64,000 nt of DNA, taken from assembly GCF_020745735.1 (NCBI RefSeq), contig NC_083409.1, positions 10,638,978-10,702,977 of the forward strand, given 5' to 3'. Positions 60,680 to 64,000 of the stretch are shown piece after piece. Both the position numbers and the translations under genes were made by a program. The stretch comes from Hemiscyllium ocellatum (Eukaryota). The first letter of the stretch is position 1. Each line of letters begins with the position of its first letter. The notes under the pieces were generated by a model. It was not told where the DNA came from. It saw nothing but the letters and a program-made list of their open reading frames with translations, and ran no database searches.

Positions 60680-62200
60680 TGACTTGATGATGTGGAGTTA
60701 TTTCATGATCAATGACCGCGGGCATAGATTTAAGGGAAATGGCAGAAGATTAAGAGGGAATGTGAGGAAACACGCTTTCATGCAGAAGGTGGTGGTAATT
60801 TGTAACTTGCTTTCTGTAAGGGTAGTTGAGGCAGAAGCTCTCCCATAACATTGATGTACTTTGATGTGCAGCTGTGATGCCAAGGTTTACAGGGCTGCGG
60901 GCCAACTGCTGGAACATGGAATTAGAATAGTGAGGTGGTTGTTTTGGCTGGCTTTGGCTCATTGGGCCGAAGGGCCTTGTTCTTGTAGACCTGTTGTAGA
61001 TGTCTGACTCTGCCAGGACTCCAGCAATGTGGCTGACCCTTACCTGCCATTTGAAAGGCCGAGCAAGCCACTCAGTTTCAGGGCAGTTAGGGATGGGGAA
61101 CAAATGCTGGTCTTGTCAGTGACACCCACATCCCAGGAAAGAATAGACGGCCTCAGTGGTAACACCGTCACCTGAACCTGCAGGTTTCAAGCCCCACTCC
61201 AGACACTGGAGCACTATCCTGAGGCTGGCAAAGGTAAAGACGCCATCTGCTGGATGATCGGTTAAACCACTGCCCTCTCAGGTCGATGTGAATAAAAGGG
61301 CTTTGTGACCATCTCAGGAAAACTCTCCCCAGTGTGCTGACCAATGCTTCTCTTATAACCAATGGTATTAAAACAGATACAAGAGTAAAATACAGCAAAT
61401 CTCAAATAAAACAAGATGCTGGAGAAAGGGAACAGGTGCAGCCACATTAGAGAGAGGAGGTAATAATGTTTTGGATTCAGTGATGTTTTATCAAAAAGAA
61501 GCCACAGTTTTTGATGATTTTATTTCATTTTAACCTGTTTTATGTTATTTTATTTTATTTAAATCTTGTTTATCAAATTTCAGCCGGCTTGATTGGCACC
61601 ACATCGACATATATCCATTGCCTCCACACTGACCCTCAGTAACAGCTGTGAGCACTATCTACAAGATACATTGCAGAGGTTCAGCAAAGATCCTGAGAGA
61701 GCACCTTCCAAACCCATGACCACGTCCATCAAGAAGGACATGGTAGCAGATACACAGGAACACCACTCTTTGCAAGTTCCCCTCATTGAAATATATCGCT
61801 GTTCCTACATTGTTATTGGGTCAGGCTCATGGAATTCCCTTCCTCCGCACATTGTGGGTCTACCTACAGCACACAGACTGTAACAGTTCGAGAAAGCAGC
61901 TCAGCGCCACTGTGTACATGACAATGAGAGATGGACAGTAACAAGGCTGGTGCAAAGTAAGAGCAGGTGTGATTAGGGATCTGAAAGTGAGAATGTGATG
62001 TTTCAGTTCTTCCTGGACATCTCAAGGTTTGTATGAACTTTTGGTCTCCTAATTGCAGAAAGAATATAAATCCATTGGAAGTGTTTCAGAGGAGTTTTAT
62101 CCGACTGATCCCTGGTATGAGGGGGCTGTGTGGTGAGGAAGGATCGGAAAGGCTGGCCTTGATCTCACTGGAGTTTCAAAGAGTGGGGGGTTTTCCTGTC
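60680..62200 (+). mobile_element. Mixed CR1 3' fragments, SINE relics and a LINE 3' relic
   Basis: CR1 tail at 60700-61000, gggatggggaacaaatgctgg tail at 61090-61140, and LYFGVPDWSPNCRK-like remnants near 62030. Confidence 0.55.
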
Positions 62201-64000
62201 CCACTGTATTCTCCAAACCCTTATCTGACCCCCTCTTGGGTCATACCCTCCTGCCCCTTACTAACATGGAATTGGACTGCCCAGTCCTGAGGCTTACACC
62301 TTCCATCTGGAACAAAGTCTCCAGGTAGCTCTGACCCTCCCTGATGTATCAGGATTCTTACAACTCAGCTTCCAATCCAAACCCCCTGAGTGGGAGTTGC
62401 TGTAGATTTATACAGTCACTACAGATGTATTTACCCTGAATCATTTCAGTTTAATGAACAAATGCTGATCCCACTTACAAATGAAAGAAATCAATTCTTT
62501 CATGAAACTAGTAATTGTCCTCAGTCTCTGGATCAATGTTTCAGTACTTTTCATTTCTAGGATTTCCCTATTTGAGGTTTCCTAAGCATACTATTTATAT
62601 GGTTCCTTACACAAAGCTCTTCCCAGCTGATCTGGTCAACAGACTCCTGTCCCCTTGTTTATTATTTTGCTATTTTCAAACCAAGTGCATGTGCAGGCTC
62701 CCATCAGCTGAAGTGACAGTTCCAAACCAGTTTGGAAAAGCAAAGGTAGACCTCCTTCCCCCAGTTCACCGAACTCCCACATTGACCAAACCTCCCAGCA
62801 TCCCCCTCTGTGCCAGCTGCACTGAGTGCCAACTGCAGGATATAGGCTGCCCTGTATTTATACTGGTGCTAATTGATATCACTTTGTTCTGTCGTGCTAT
62901 TAGAGTCATAGAGACAGCACAGAGACAGAACCTTCGGTTCAACTTGTCCACGCTGACCAGATATCCCAACGCAATCTAGTTCCACTTGCCAATGCTCAGG
63001 ATCTGGGTTAAGTTAGATCATTTCTCAGTCTGAAGCTTCCTTCTTTCAGCCTGAGAAATACGTTACTTTTATAACCAACAAATGTGACTTTAATGCTGGA
63101 ATCTGTTTTGAAGATTAATGGGCTCAATGGTTTGATTCAATGTGGTAAGATAAGAAATATCTGTGTCACTTGCTGTAATTCAGTCTTCTCTAACCAATCT
63201 CTTCAGGGGCCAGGATGAGTGTGAGGAGATTGGGTTTTGATGGAACTACCCACAGACTCAAGTCAAAAGAAGCAAAGCAAGAAAGACAGGTGGATCGAAT
63301 ACAAGAGAGCACATTATGAGGGAAAACCAAAGGAGAGAGTGACAACATTGAATTGCTTCTTGTGTCATCCTCTGCGCCCTTACGTTTCACAGTGTCAGCT
63401 CCACATCCTTCCATTGACTTTGTCATTGAGAGCCAACGGTTCCTTTCCCACAGCCCTTTTTAAAATGCCCTGCCCAGGGAATCACTCAGACAGAGAATAT
63501 TTCACCTTTTCTGGGAAGGTTGGAGAAATATTGGATGTCGATGAGCTGCTTTCTCAGACTTCAGGGTCTGACAGAAGGATGTGTGTAGGCTGTGGATTCT
63601 GGAGACAGATCACTGAGATGTTCCTCACTCCCATCAACACCTGACTTTATCCTGAAATCAGTTTCTATTCTTCATTATAAAGTACCCCCACCAGTTTCAG
63701 ACTAGACATTTCACACCCAGCCCCCATTTCCTCACATTGGAATCAAGAACCAAACTTGCCCCATCTCAGGATTGCCCTCTGAATGTGGTGTCAGTATGCT
63801 AATGCTGTGTTTGATGAAAGAGCCACAGTGGAATCTGGGACTGAATCCAAGGGGTTTCTGATCCACCAGCAGCCTCCTTGCTGTGTGAGATTCTGTTTGG
63901 ATAAGATTTCAGCCCCATGGTTCCCACTGATACGAGAACCATGGAGTGAGATTGCTGGAGCCACGTGTGGACTGAGGAACACAACAGTCAGGACAATGAG

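Noticed and set aside
63237-63644. CFLCHPLRPYVSQC as a gag zinc knuckle
   Set aside because: It lacks the CX2CX4HX4C His and has no adjacent pol or LTR evidence, so it is too weak to call.
63918-63947. 9-bp inverted repeat ccatggttc...gaaccatgg
   Set aside because: A short isolated hairpin with no supporting context, expected by chance in 64 kb.
63799-63984. Minus-strand ORF ...WLQQSHSMVLVSVG... resembling a V FR1
   Set aside because: There is no FR1 Cys, the Trp spacing is wrong, and there is no RSS.
46600-64000. Lone heptamers downstream of C (e.g. 48155, 53768, 54808, 55938, 58508, 61908, 63823) as a KDE or extra J/V
   Set aside because: None has a nonamer at 12 or 23 nt spacing by eye.

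Overview
This is vertebrate genomic DNA from a cartilaginous fish. The repeat families suggest a carpet/bamboo-type shark, but that is inference. The window holds two immunoglobulin kappa-type (shark type III / NS4-like) light-chain clusters arranged head-to-head, about 31 kb apart. Cluster B (+ strand) is complete and looks functional: promoter, leader exon 33732-33780, V exon 33967-34265 with 12-RSS, 23-RSS and J 34769-34803, an 11.4-kb intron, C exon 46217-46545 and polyA signal 46867. Cluster A (- strand) has leader 2575-2623, V 2093-2388 and J 1547-1581, and its C would lie left of the window. It looks crippled: V heptamer TACAGTG, in-frame TAA in J, and a GC splice donor. The clusters are an old inverted duplication with patchy identity. 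It includes a ~680-bp nearly identical promoter-leader-V tract and a shared upstream PU.1/IRF + E-box + RUNX block that is a candidate enhancer. The rest is mostly retroelement debris: CR1, L2, L1, HE1-type SINEs, two decayed Penelope elements and a Gypsy RT relic. There are also about ten short Penelope-derived inserts with hammerhead-ribozyme-like cores, several forming fold-back pairs with target-site duplications. There is one 200-N assembly gap. No rRNA, tRNA gene or CRISPR array is present. Family names come from recalled motifs, not database searches, and repeat boundaries and percent identities are by-eye estimates.
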